From Octopus vulgaris (taxonomy: Eukaryota), in NCBI GenBank assembly GCA_951406725.2, contig OX597818.1, positions 86,366,001 through 86,430,000 on the forward strand: a DNA stretch of 64,000 bases, read 5' to 3'. The stretch's first letter is position 1, and every line of letters starts with the position of its first letter. Below, piece by piece: positions 12,671-26,426 of this stretch. The translations under genes were made by a program, and so were the position numbers. The notes under the pieces were generated by a model. It saw only the letters and a program-made list of their open reading frames with translations, was not told the DNA's origin and ran no database searches.

Positions 12671-13310
12671 GGCGCAGGCTTGGCTGTGTGGTAAGAAGTT
12701 TACTTCCCAGCCACATGGTTTCGGGGACAGTCCTACTGCGTGGTACCTTCGGCAAGTGTCTTCTACTATAGCATCGGGCCGACCAAAGCCTTGCGAATAG
12801 ACATGGTCGACGGAAACTGAGAGAAGCTAGTCTAGATGAAGGCACTTTACTTCACGCTGCTCCAGTTCACTCACCTGGCAAAAATGAGTTGTACCTGTAT
12901 TTCAAAGGGCCAGCCTTGTCACATTCTGTGTCACGTTCAGTGTCCCTTAGAACTACGTTCAGGCTACGCGATTGTCCGTGGAGAGCTCAGCCACTTTCCC
13001 GTTAATTTCTCGAGCAAGGCGTTCCGCTGGTCGGATCAACTGAAACCCTCGTCGTCATTACCGACGGAGCGCAAGTTATATAGAGAGAGAGGTGTGTGTG
13101 TGTGTTTGTGTGTAGGGGGATGCGAGCGTGCGTGAGTCCACCGCTTGATAAACGGTGTTTGCTTGTTTATGTGTCTATAATTAAGTGGTTCAGCAAAAAT
13201 GAGTGCAAGACTTAGAAAATAAGTACCGGTGTCAATTTGTTTGAGTAAAGCCCTTCAAGGCGGTGTCCCAGAATGGTCACAGTCCAATGATTAAAACAAG
13301 CAAAAGATAA
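12671..13310 (+). mobile_element. Nested SINEs: family A interrupted by a 5'-truncated family B-type element
   Basis: A head 12671-12830; 12838-13072 ends in the same tail as 1590-1770; A 3' module 13130-13310. Confidence 0.7.
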
Positions 13311-13406
13311 AGTTAGAACATCTGTATACGGGTCTGTTAAGCGGGAGGTATTCTCAAGAATAAATGCAATCTTGGAAAAAGTTTAGAGAGACCGTATACG
13401 GGAGCT

Positions 13407-13706
13407 GCAGAGCAATAATTCCTCATAGTAGCAATGTTATAAATCGTAATTTGTTCCCAGAAAAATATTTTATCTATAAGATTTACCTGGGGCTGGTGCC
13501 TACATGTGACGTCCCTACTCGCCTGAAAAGTTTAGAGACAATGCTAGCTCTAAGATGAAAAATTATGCCATAATACTTAGATATACGAGTTAATTTATTC
13601 CCAGAGACCGCTCGAAAACTCGTAAAGCAGAGCAATAATTCCTCATAGTAGCAATGTTATAAATCGTAATTTGTTCCCAGAAAAATATTTTATCTATAAG
13701 ATTTAC
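13407..13706 (+). repeat. Perfect 80-bp direct repeat, 220-bp period
   Basis: gcagagcaataattcc...ataagatttac identical at 13407-13486 and 13627-13706. Confidence 0.95.
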
Positions 13707-14392
13707 AATGCTCGTAAATAAATGGCAATAAAACAACGGTAGAATGTAAAGGATATTTTATGCCAAGTGAAAAGAATGTCAAGATCATTTATAATAAAGA
13801 ATATTACTATTATCGTTTTCTGAATCACTTTCACTGGCTCTAGTTTCACGCACACCATCATTTGCAAACGCGATCGTCTATTCATAAGCACCCGTAGACA
13901 GACTTGTAGATTTCTTTAAAAAAAACAAGTCTAGGGTTGTTTACTTAGAAGAATATTTTTTTCGCTATCTATAAATTTCTCGCTAATACGCAGATGCATT
14001 TGTTATGGTAGAAGAAACTTTTGCATTTGTGCTTGAAAAATTTCAGCTCACCATGCAAAAGTAAGCTGAAAAATAAACTCGGGGTCTCGTAAAGGAGTGT
14101 CTTACCATGAAGAAGAGGTCACGTTCATTAAGATAAGACATAGTGTATGTATTATAATACAATTTTCTGGAAAATATTTTGACCGTTGCAACATTCGATG
14201 CTGTAAAGACTTATGCCTGTTCCATTATAAGAGCTGAGATTGAGCATAGGTATTTTAATACACCGTAATGTATTTATCTGCTAGTGGACACTAAAATTTA
14301 AGATTTACAGAAATTGTCAAAATTCTTTTCACGATAGTTATATAAATATTTGTCAAACACGAAGAGAAGTAAATTATTATTGAAGCTAAAGA

Positions 14393-14540
14393 TTTCAGTT
14401 CAAATTCCACCGAGGTCGACTTTTCATCCTTTCGGGGTCGATAAATTAAGAACCAGTGAAAGAGTGGGGGGCGATGTAACCGGCTAATTCCCTTCCCCCG
14501 AAATTTCAGGCCTTGTACCTTTAGTAGAAAGGATTATTAA
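14393..14540 (+). mobile_element. SINE family C, 5'-truncated
   Basis: gttcaaattccaccgaggtcgacttttcatcctttcggggtcgataaattaag core. Confidence 0.75.
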
Positions 14541-14602
14541 AGCGAAAGATGCCAAAAAAGCGCTGTGATCTAACCTGCGATACTAAATACAAATGGATAT
14601 AT

Positions 14603-14660
<58 letters not shown>

Positions 14661-14769
14661 GCGTACACACACACTCACATACACACGCACCACATACGTA
14701 TACGTATGGATACACGCGCAAACATAAATGTATGTGTGCGTGTATAGATGTGTATATATAATATATATA

Positions 14770-14821
<52 letters not shown>

Positions 14822-14829
<8 letters not shown>

Positions 14830-15120
14830 AGCGACAAAACTTCTATTAAACAATTCAATAAAGAAAGATGTTTTTCAAACCATATAGAAAACATATACTA
14901 TAAAAAAAAACCTTATTGTAAAAATCAATAAAGTACAATAAATAGTAAATTACTACTTCTATTATTAACTACTACTTTTATTTACTATTTATTGTACTTT
15001 ATTGATTTTTAGAATTAGGTTTTTTATAGTCTATGTTTTATATAGTATATGTTTTCTATATCATGTGAATAACATCTTTCTTTATAGAATTGTTTAATAG
15101 CGGTTTTTCTCGAAATTATA
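14822..15120. repeat. ~300-bp AT-rich fold-back / long-TIR MITE
   Basis: aaaaatcaataaagtacaataaatagtaaat is the exact reverse complement of atttactatttattgtactttattgattttt; outer arms also pair. Confidence 0.85.
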
Positions 15121-15225
15121 TACATATATTATACATTGTGAAATTTGATTTAAACTTGTTAAATTGAATTTTTCCCTGTAAAGTTTTTTGAATTATATTC
15201 CCTACTATTATTATTACATGTATGT

Positions 15226-15283
<58 letters not shown>

Positions 15284-15376
15284 ATGGCTGTATAGTTATG
15301 TATGTGTGTGTATATATGTATGCATGCATATGTATACGTATATATACATGTATGTATGTATGTATGTATATATATA

Positions 15377-15433
<57 letters not shown>

Positions 15434-15521
15434 GCACACATACATTTTATGTGCGCGTGTGTATAGGGATTTGAATTACCAAGTGAAAAATAATGCTCGG
15501 TGAATAAATCAATCTATGTCA

Positions 15522-15557
<36 letters not shown>

Positions 15558-15966
15558 ATGTGCGTGCGTATGCGTGAAATTAGTGATTTGGATCAAAGGC
15601 CTAGAATTTCGTGTGCTCAACAAGTGTCTTGCTACATCGCCTCAAGCAACCGAGTCACTCTCGTAGCTTCACAGCTAATAAATAACATAAATAACATGTG
15701 TTAATAATAAACTATTGATGTGTTAACTGTTTCCTTTCGTTGCTCTAACGTATCAAAGAATATATCTATAGGTTTTAGCCAACACGGTGCGTTGCCACGA
15801 CTGTAAGCAATTCATTTTATACGCTAAGTTTAAATTGCCTCCCTTTTTTGGACTCGTCACTAGTAGTTGAGTATCACCTTTAACTATCCACAAATACACC
15901 GCTTATAAACCACTTATATTACAGGTTAAAAAGAAGTCAATTTTGTGGGAGCAGCGTTGGATATTT

Positions 15967-16049
<83 letters not shown>

Positions 16050-16929
16050 CTATGTATCTATGTATGTATGTGTGTATGTATGTATGCATGTATATATATA
16101 TATGGAACAAAAGCACAATAGTGTACAATAAAACATTTGGACAGATAGACGATACAAAGGCGGACAAGAGAAACAACGATTAGAAGAACAGGGAAGAAAA
16201 GAGGGGTCATTCGTGGCCTTCTCTCCTCGGTCAAGTTACCAGAAGTCATTACTGTTTCGAGCAGTTTCGCTTAAGTCTAAGCTAAGAGCATTAGATTTTT
16301 TGTAAGAAAGCTAGCGAATGTGTACGGCAACAAAGACAAAAAACGGATAACATGGTACACAATTACAGATACAAACAACATGAATATAACAACAGGTGTC
16401 TTTCGACTGAGAACGAATCAAATTGAGATGGCGTGTATAAAGTGAAAGCCTAAAGGCAGGAACATCGATGGACATAGGTGTTGGCGGTCGGCAGTCAGGC
16501 CGAGAAAGAAAGATCATGGCTGGCCGGACACCGGTCACGTGGAAGGAGGAGAGAGGGGTAGAGGCAGCGGGATTGAAGGATTAGAAAAATCAGAGACAAA
16601 GAGAAAGGGAGATAAACGAGGAGGAAAAGTGAGAGTTACAAGCTAGTTTCAAAATCTCTAAATGAGATATGAATAGTAACGACTATCATCTTTAGCCAAC
16701 AAGTATCCAGTACCGATGACGGGAAAAGACCTAGAAAACATGACTTACTGGTCCTGCTAAAGCTAGAGAGAAGTAGATCGCTCCCTTACTCACAATATAT
16801 CAGACACAGGTTGTGTGTCGTTAACCAGCTAGGAAAGATGTTTTCCTAAGGTTTAGAAGGTAGTAACATAGTTTTAGATCGAACAGCCACTTTATATTGG
16901 CAAATAAATTTTTCTGTATACATACATAC

Positions 16930-17465
16930 ATGATGGCTGCCCCCTAGTTATCGAGTATGGACATTGCACGCAGCTTAACCAATGTTGTTATTGTGCAATG
17001 CCTGTGCAAGAAGATTTATTTTAAAGTGAGGAAAGACTGTGCTCTGAGTCAATCCCACTCACTAAGCAACAGCAGCCATAATCCGAAAAGAAGAACAAGT
17101 CAACATCATCGGTAACCACTGAGCCGCAGGTTTTATGTCGGAGTTATCCCAGTTATCTGAGTTACCTTCTCCTAGAAGGATGCCCTAACAAAGACTAGGA
17201 GTCCTTCACTCCCAATGGTTTAACCGCGCGATCTGGTATTCAGTCTGATTATTTCTATGTCCCCGCGCATGATACAGCCTTAAGACATTTATTGGATGGC
17301 CTTTGACTCTCAAGAGTTCCTCCGCCCTTTGACGGGTTTTGTTTTTCATCCCGCAGGGTGTCCAATAAACACCCTCCTCACCAAGCAAGCTTGGTTGGGT
17401 TGCCGGTTTAGTCGCCGACGGACCGACCATGCAACAGGTTGTACTGGGTTACATGTTACCAGTTA
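16930..17465. mobile_element. Interspersed repeat, probably RTE-type LINE UTR remnant
   Basis: First ~40 bp recur inverted at 21893-21930; class assignment is from recalled similarity only. Confidence 0.4.
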
Positions 17466-17487
17466 CATGTTACATACATACATGCAT

Positions 17488-17549
<62 letters not shown>

Positions 17550-17712
17550 TACACACAAACATACATACGTCATTGTATCGCCCAGACTATAGTATGTTGT
17601 TATACTACACTAGTTACAATGCGCTCCCTCATTTTGTGATTTCGAATAAAGGGCACTCCACGTGCTGGCCAGCATTCTCCCTAAACGGAATACACACACA
17701 CACGTACACACA

Positions 17713-17761
<49 letters not shown>

Positions 17762-18303
17762 ATACACACACTCTCCCTCTCTCCTCTCCTCTCTTTCTCA
17801 CACATATAATTATTTTCGGACGCAGTGGATCTCGACGCACACAAAGCTATGAATAATAGCATGTAAATATTGGGTTGAAAAATCCTAAGGGCTATTTACT
17901 CAATACTTACAATTCGTAATTTATAGCTTTATGTACTTCGAAATCCACTGTTCCAAAAATAATTATTTCATGTTCTCTCGAAATTGTATAACTTCTTAAA
18001 ATGTCAAAAATAAACACTTACATGTATTCACACACACACACACACACACGCGCACACACACGTTCCCATGTATATTAACATAAATGAATGCATATAAACA
18101 TACACGCATACATACCTTTATATTCATCTGCATGTGTACACACCACTAGCTAGGCGTGTGTTCGTGTCTTGTCTGTGTTACATTAAAACACAATTTCTAT
18201 CATTTTGACGATTTCATTTACTGTTTTTTTTTAAGGATGCGTTCCTTACTTGCCGTTTGAAATAGAATCTTAGAGTTTCGCTGTCTCATCGTTTGGATGA
18301 TGG

Positions 18304-18344
<41 letters not shown>

Positions 18345-19132
18345 TCATTGACGCATATTCTACCACTGATTTATTGACGCACGTTTTATCGCCAATAAGT
18401 GTTGAATGGTTTTATGAGATATTCGTTAGTATCACCGGAATTCGAACTCATAACTGCTAGCATATACATTTCTAATCGAGGTATGTCTTCGCATGTATAT
18501 GATTAGTGTATGTGTATATAGTGTGTGTATATAATTAAATATTATCAACTATTCGTTTATTTTAGTGTTGTTCTATGAAATTGCTTTCATCATTAAACAT
18601 CAATTTTTATGTTGGTTCTGTGTAAGATAAATGCATTGTTATCTAATTTTTCCTGTAATGTATGCTACTTTTAAATGTAATTCACTTCACGTGCTTCGTC
18701 TTGTAACTTTATGGCAAGCCTGTGGGAAAATGTACTTTATGACCAATGCAGCTGTTGGAGTCTTGAAGTTTTTTAAGCCTGAAATTTGTATATCATTATT
18801 AATAATTAAATCTTGAACACGAACGAACCTGTTTCTTCTGACCTGTTACTGACAGGAATATCCTTACTCTATCCTTTTATCTCTATAATTTGCTGCCTAT
18901 ACAGCAATAGGGTATATTGGTGTCCACAAGACAAATTATATATGCCTTTTTGCGATGCAGGAAACAAATTATATAAATAGAAGAATAGCTTGAAAGTATC
19001 GCTGTCAGTAACAAGCCAGAAATAAAATAATAGAGTAGCTACAGTTCTTCATTAGGGGCCTTCTATGTAGCGTTTTTCATGTCCCAAATAGAAAACAAAG
19101 TGAATGTTAAGGCATGAACAAACAATATATAT

Positions 19133-19203
<71 letters not shown>

Positions 19204-19953
19204 TGTTCATGCCTTAACAGATATACTTTTTTCTATTCCAAATAAAAACGATTTTATTCACACAAATATGCAACCGAAAAGTTTAAAGTACCAGTAATGA
19301 TAAGGCTGTTGACTGGGATAACACAAACATGGTTTAAACAGTAAGCTTGGCAGGAAAGAAAAGGGGCTTTAAGCAGTACAAAAACAACAAAAAATGGAAG
19401 GTGCAGTTTTGTACAGGTTGACGGAAGAAAACTGTTATTTGGCTAGTCTAGTAAGGTATTACATAACTGGTTCGCCATACATTGACAAGGCACGATCGCA
19501 AAATATTACACTACACAACACAAAGAATATATAGATAACAATCATTAGTAAAGGACACATCTATATGGGGACAATCCCACAGAAACATACTCATAATACT
19601 GAAGGCAATATCTACATCACAGCAAAATACTGAAATAAATATACTTATAGCAGTTTTATAGCAGTTACAAAAATGAACAAAATACTAGAGCTCCACACAC
19701 GTGATCTATAAAGTCGACATTAGAATTCTGAATTCTGTCGGTATTGCCAAACACTGATGCAGTTAGCTTTAACTACAGTAAGAGGTAATACCACACGTCG
19801 GTAACAACCAGTTGCAGAAAATATTATTGTGAAGATGTAGAAAAAGGCGTCGATTGGCTTGGGAGCTTCAAAGAATATTTAGGAAAATATGAAATAGATT
19901 TAAAAACATTGTCATATTTTTGTTTGTTCACACGTTTAAAAGGAAAACTATTC

Positions 19954-20023
<70 letters not shown>

Positions 20024-20163
20024 CACACATACACACACACACACACACATATATTGTGGTTTTGTGGCACAAAGCAAAGCAGGCCTTGCTTTGCTTTTTC
20101 TCCCCTTGCTTTTTTTTATCTCCCTACTTTGTGGGCTCGATCGCATTTCATCATATGCTATAT

Positions 20164-20546
20164 GTTGGCACTCCGTCGCTTACGACGACGACTGTTCCAG
20201 TTCATCCGATCAACGGAACAGCCTGCTCGTGAAATTAACGTGCAAGTGGCTGAGCACTCCACAGACACGTGTACTCTTAACGTAGTCCTCGAGGATATTC
20301 AGCGTGACACAGAGTGTGACAAGGATGGCCCTTTGAATTACAGACACAACAAAAACAGGAAGTAAGAGTGAGAGAAAGTTGTGGCGAAAGAGTACAGCAG
20401 GGTTCACCACCATCTCCTGCCGGAGCCTCGTGGAACTTTAGGTGTTTTCGCTCAATAAACAGTCACAATGCCCGGTCTGAGAATCGAAACCGCGATCCTA
20501 TGACCGCCAGTCCGCTGCCCTAACCACTGGGCCATTGCGCCTCCAC
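20164..20546 (-). mobile_element. SINE family B, full length
   Basis: Reverse-complement match to 1394-1771; 13-bp TSD tcatatgctatat at 20151-20163 and 20547-20559. Confidence 0.92.
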
Positions 20547-20840
20547 TCATATGCTATATATTCCCTGATGATCGAACGATCCACAGCCTCCCGGCAGTGA
20601 GGAAAAGAGAAGAAACGTAGTAAAAGATCCACAAGCACTCAAGCAAAATAAGTCCTCAATTTGTTCTATTTGCCAAAATCTTTGCAAGGCACCAGTAGGC
20701 CTCAAGAGACGCATTCGTGTCCATAGAACAGGATTACTACCTTATTTTACTGAATTCTCATTTGTCGTTCATGACAAGAGAATCCATCATCATATTTAAA
20801 TATACTTTTATTAAAGCTACAAAATTTAATAAAAGCATAT

Positions 20841-20865
20841 TGGAAACTGAAAGAAGCCCGTCGTA

Positions 20866-20929
<64 letters not shown>

Positions 20930-21118
20930 TTTGTTTGAGTGTCTGTGCTTGTCCCCGCAACATCGCTTGACAACCGATGTTCGGCAAAAGAGACCGATAG
21001 AATAAGTACTAGGCTTACAAAGAATAAGTCCTGGGATCAATTTACTCGACTAAAGGCGGTGCTCCAGCATGGCCACAGTCAAATGACTGAAACAAGTACA
21101 AGAGTAAAGAGTAAAGAG
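20841..21118 (+). mobile_element. SINE family A, 5'-truncated
   Basis: ggaaactgaaagaagcccgtcg, (TG)n, 3' module and tail. Confidence 0.85.
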
Positions 21119-21182
21119 AGAGATAGAGAAGCCTTAGGTGTTCGAGTACTATTTTTTCCACCTTCTTTTGTATTTATGTGCT

Positions 21183-21254
<72 letters not shown>

Positions 21255-21264
21255 GAGTGTTTGT

Positions 21265-21308
<44 letters not shown>

Positions 21309-21819
21309 GTGTGTATACAGATAGTTAGATAGAGGGATAGGTAGATAGATAGGGATGGATGAGGACATAGATAATTAATTAAATAAATAAATTAGCAAAG
21401 AATAAAATAAAATAAAAATAGAACAGATACTTTAAAGGCAAAGTTCTAATTTAAGAAAACACGAACTCATCCTAATGAACTCCTGTGATGTCAGCGCAGT
21501 GTTCCATTTCTTGCTATCGTGCTGGTATATCTCAACCCCCGTGCTTACGTGGGCTGGATTTAACGGCTGATCTTCATGAAAGGCCAGAAGAGGGTATCAG
21601 ATGGAGATAGTCGATAGGTGTTTGTGAAAAACGGTTGGTCGTCGAAGAAATATGGCAGAATTTTATCAGAGCCAACGAATCTTTGAAATAATATCTGAGA
21701 TAAGATAGAACGAAGGCGTTTTGGATAGCCCAGATAAAACCAGTACAGTTGTGTGGGTGGCTCTGCTCAGAGAAAGCCACGCATGCATGCATGCATACAT
21801 ACATACATACATACATACA

Positions 21820-21853
<34 letters not shown>

Positions 21854-22746
21854 CGCACATATATACATACAGCACCAGTAACTGTTAAGATTCGTGCAAT
21901 GGCCATACTCGATAACGAGGGGGCAGCCATAAATAAATATACATACACACACGCACATACACGCACACCTATATGTATATATGTGTGTGTAAATATATAC
22001 ATACGCGATTATATGACTATATCTAAACTAATATATACATATACGCTTGCATATATACATATGTGTGTGTATGTGTGTGTGTCTCTCGCTCTATATATAT
22101 ATATACATTCATATATATACACACCTATACACACCTATACCATCACATATTCATATGATATATATTACCATATATGTTACCATTTAACACATACATATGC
22201 ACACGCGGGCACACCCACACACACACATCCACACACATGATATAGGCACAAGCACTTACACACTAAAAGCCTATATTTCTTTAAAATATCTGTATGTTTG
22301 TGTGCGTGTGTGCGTGCGCTCGTGTGTGTGTGCATCTGATTGTTTTCTTCTACCTGTTTCTGAGTGTGAAAAATGTCTGGAAGGATGGTAAACGTCATTT
22401 CCTAACCAAATCACGAATCACGATTTTCTCGCAGTGAATGTTTAATCTGACATTGTGAAACGGATAAGAAATTGTTCTCCCATTGGGCTCGAACGTATTT
22501 CATCATATGCTATATATTCCCCGATGATCTCAACGATCCACTGCCTCCCCGGCAGTGAGGAAAAGAAAATACAAGAAGAAAAATAAAGAAAAAGAAATGA
22601 ATATGGCTGTGAAACAATATATTGCTTCCACGTGACTTGAACTCATGGTACCGTGGACTGGTCATCTAATATTATTTAGACACAAACTAATAATAATCAT
22701 ATATATGCATACACAAGATGCGCCCCATATATATACATAAATATGT

Positions 22747-22820
<74 letters not shown>

Positions 22821-22829
<9 letters not shown>

Positions 22830-23074
22830 CTATTATACGAAAGTGTTTAAGTCCAAAACGTTGCATTTTCAGAAAACGAAAAGTAGTTTTGCCATTCCAT
22901 AGCAAAACTGTTCTAATAGAATTTGACAATTTTTGATATCTTGGCATCCGAAGCAGCAGGAGATACGATAGTTTGACCAAAATAACAAGCTATTGCAAGC
23001 AAAAATAAATATTAAAAATAAACACATTTGGCAAAATTTGGACATACGGCAGTTTAACATATTAGCAACGATAT
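22821..23074. mobile_element. Old MITE-like element
   Basis: Imperfect ~37-bp terminal inverted repeats (atattgttgctatt..gtccaaa / tttggac..tattagcaacgatat). Confidence 0.4.
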
Positions 23075-23129
23075 ATAATAGTAATGATGAATAAAACGGA
23101 AGATAGATTTGACACTAGTCTTTATTCAG

Positions 23130-23228
23130 TACGACGATCGTTTCGACTCATCCTGAAACTGTCCGCTATGGGTAGGATTTTATGCAACTGTGTTGCACTA
23201 ATCTGTGCAATTTGTGTCACATCAGGTA
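23130..23228 (-). ncRNA. Hammerhead-like motif with A9U change and ~70-nt stem II insert
   Basis: Minus strand: uac CUGAUGU GAC...GUC GAAA CGAUCG UC gua; palindromic stem III ACGAUCGU. Confidence 0.55.
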
Positions 23229-23365
23229 TATACCAAAAATTATACATATACATACATACATACATATATAAATTTAACCTTTAAAGGTATTTTTTTAATA
23301 TGCTGGCCATTGATAACATTTTTTCGAAAATGTTATCCTATATTAGAAGTAAATTTAATATATAC

Positions 23366-23455
<90 letters not shown>

Positions 23456-23465
23456 GTGTGTATTT

Positions 23466-24675
23466 CAGTACGAAAAATGTATGCATACTTTAGCAGCTGA
23501 TAAATCAATTGATGTTTTAAACCCATTAGTATTAATGATGGCAGTCAGGCTAAGCTTTGAACATAGGAAATTCATTCTAAAATGCTACTAGAAGTGTGAA
23601 AACGTAGTTAAAGTGCGAAGACAGTTTAGGAGGGAGTTTCAAACCGATCCACCAATGTGATTCACCATCACTCGAATTAGAGATAAGTTTGAAGCCGATG
23701 GAACTGTTCAGAATGTCCACAAGAAGCGTTCCGGAAGACCTCAAAAATCGATAGGCCCCACAAAGCAAGAAGGAGTGCTGGAAACGTATTACGAAGCAAG
23801 CCGTGAGATAGGTATTTTAAAATCATCTGCCTAACGCATTTTGAAGCGTTGTCAATGGAAAAGTTACATTCCAGAATTAGTCTATGCTATTAATGACGAT
23901 GATTCAGACCGAAGTATGCAGTATTGCGAGTGGTACTTGGCACGATGTTTCGAAGTTGCACATTTTCCAACAAAGATTGTGTGGAGCGATGAGGCCACAT
24001 TCATATTAAATGGTTCAATTAATCGTCACAATTGCATCTACTAGGGACCTGAGAATCAGCATGTTATGGTGGAACACCATGTCAATTTACCAGGAGTTAC
24101 ACTACGGTTTGGCTTATCATAAAGAGCATTAATTGGACCATTTTTTTTTACGCTATTGTGACTGGTCCCGTTTATTTGAACTTGCTGCAACAGTCTGTCA
24201 TGCCGAGCATTAGAGAAGACTTTAAAGATGAGGACTTTTATTTTCAGCAAGATGGAGCATTTCCATACTACCATCGTGATGTTAGATCCTTCTTTGATGA
24301 GATCTTACCAAACAGATGGATTGGACGAAGGGGTTTCGTTGAATAGCCTCCACGTTCACCAGACCTCAGACCACTAGACTTTTTTATGGGGATACCTAAA
24401 AGACGAAGTCGACGCTATGAAACCTGATTTGAGAGCAGCCATTGAACGAGAATGTACACAAATACCAAACGAATTGTTTCGTGATGTTTGCGATTCCATT
24501 GTTTCGCGTTGTCAACAGTGCCTGAACCAGAACGGATATCAGTTTGAAAACAGGCGTTGGTAAAACAATAAAATAATGTCTGTAGATTCTATTAAATTTT
24601 TAAAATGTAATGTACTTTAATAAACACCCACTTTACAATTATTTAAAGTGAGTATACATTTTGGGGGACAACCTG
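23466..24675 (+). mobile_element. Tc1/mariner DD41D (rosa/Visitor-type) transposon with pseudogenised transposase (~23535-24563)
   Basis: Motifs WSDEATF, FQQDGA and SPDLRPLDF, with 41 residues between 2nd and 3rd D; RSGRP linker; stops and frameshifts; partial TIR aaaatgtatgcatacttta / taaagtgagtatacatttt; right end cctg-TA. Confidence 0.9.
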
Positions 24676-24707
<32 letters not shown>

Positions 24708-24764
24708 TGTATGTATGTATGCATGTATTTATATATACATGCATATATATATGTGATATATTTT

Positions 24765-25043
24765 ATTTCTTACTTGTTTCAATCATTAGACTGCGGCCAT
24801 GCAGGGGCATCCCTTTGAAGAATTTTTAGTCGAATCTATCGACCATATTACTTATTTTTTAAAAGCCTGGTACTTGTCCTATAGGTCTCATTTAATCAAG
24901 CCGCTAGATTACAGGGCTGTAAACACACTGGTTGTCAAGCGGTAGTGAACAAACAGACACAAGGACACGCACACCCACACATACGCACACTCTCACACAC
25001 ACATACTCACACATGTATGTATGCATGAATATATATATGTATG

Positions 25044-25112
<69 letters not shown>

Positions 25113-25230
25113 TCACACACACAAAGGACTTCTTTCAGTTTTTGTCTACCAAATCCACTTAAGAAGCCGAGCTGTGGGACTGAATCTTGAACCATGGGGT
25201 TGTGAAATAAATCTCTTACCACACAGCTAT
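24765..25230 (-). mobile_element. SINE family A, decayed
   Basis: 3' module, expanded TA/CA core, internally deleted head. Confidence 0.75.
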
Positions 25231-25275
25231 GTCTATCCATATACAGACATACATGCATAAATACATACACAAACG

Positions 25276-25310
<35 letters not shown>

Positions 25311-25572
25311 AGAGTTTACGAAAAAAACAAAAGACGAAGTCAGGTGGTGTACAAAACATATATATATATATATTGTATGTAAGTGTATTTTTTCAATGTG
25401 TACAAACAACACGGAAAAATAAATATATAGTTCCCAGTTCACATAGGTACCAAGGATGTAACAGCCTACATAATCAAGTAGAAATTCCAGGGTTAAGTAA
25501 AATAATTTTGTGTGACATAGATAAATAAATAAATAAATAAAGTTAAACGCAAGTGTTATTCAAATCTTTATA

Positions 25573-25660
25573 CTTCCGACATATGTTTCGAAGAAAACAT
25601 TGGTATTATTGCAGAAGAAATAAGATGATGTAAAACAATGCAATCTTCTCATCAGGGAAA
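25573..25660 (-). ncRNA. Minimal type I hammerhead ribozyme, canonical core
   Basis: Minus strand: uuucc CUGAUGA GAAGA...UCUUC GAAA CAUAUG UC ggaag; stems I and II pair; stem III palindrome ACAUAUGU; GUC cleavage triplet. Confidence 0.8.
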
Positions 25661-26426
25661 AAAAAGAAACCAAAGACATCAAACAAGATATTTTAACAGA
25701 ATGTGATGACCGCTTATATAATGAAGAGAACGCTGGCAAGTTATTTTTTTTTAAACCGTTACTAGATATAACGTCAAAGGCAATTTATAGACAGAGGAGG
25801 AGAAAGAGATAAATTAGCAGTAAATATTTTACGATTTGCCTCTCTAATTTCAACTGCTTCACTCCTGCTATTACCATACTTTCTCCTACTTTCTCTTTGC
25901 AAGTGTACCTTAAACCACTACTCAAAAAAAATACAGAGCAAACAGAAACAAATAAATACATAACGATTTACTCCTCACACAATTTCTTCAATTGGAATTT
26001 ACCTATGATTTCTCGAAGTACATTCTATTCGGTCATGGCATATAAATTTCTTTCAATTTGACCCCCAATTATGCAAAAATCCGAGAAAACTCAATATTTT
26101 ACGATTTCTTTCTCTCACTTCAAAGGGTTTACTCCGCCTATTACCACACTTTCTCCCACTTTCTCTTTACACACATAGACACGCAAACATATACATATAT
26201 GACAGTGTCAATTGTTGAAAGAAAATTGTAAGCTAAGAAGGTGTGTGTGTGTGTGTGTGCGTGTGTGTGTGTGTCTGTCTGCGTGTGAGTGTGTGTGTGT
26301 GTGTGTAGGAAGTGGAGGATAAAAATATGGCAAGAAGTGGACAGATGTACATATATACATACATACATCCATACATACATACATGTATGTGTGTGTGTAT
26401 GTATGTGTATTAATGTGTGTGTGTTA

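Noticed and set aside
13407-13706. CRISPR-like repeat-spacer
   Set aside because: Only two 80-bp units, eukaryotic context, no cas genes.
19250-19900. Possible 3' UTR of a minus-strand gene (AATAAA near 19255)
   Set aside because: AATAAA is frequent in AT-rich DNA, and no upstream coding exon was found.
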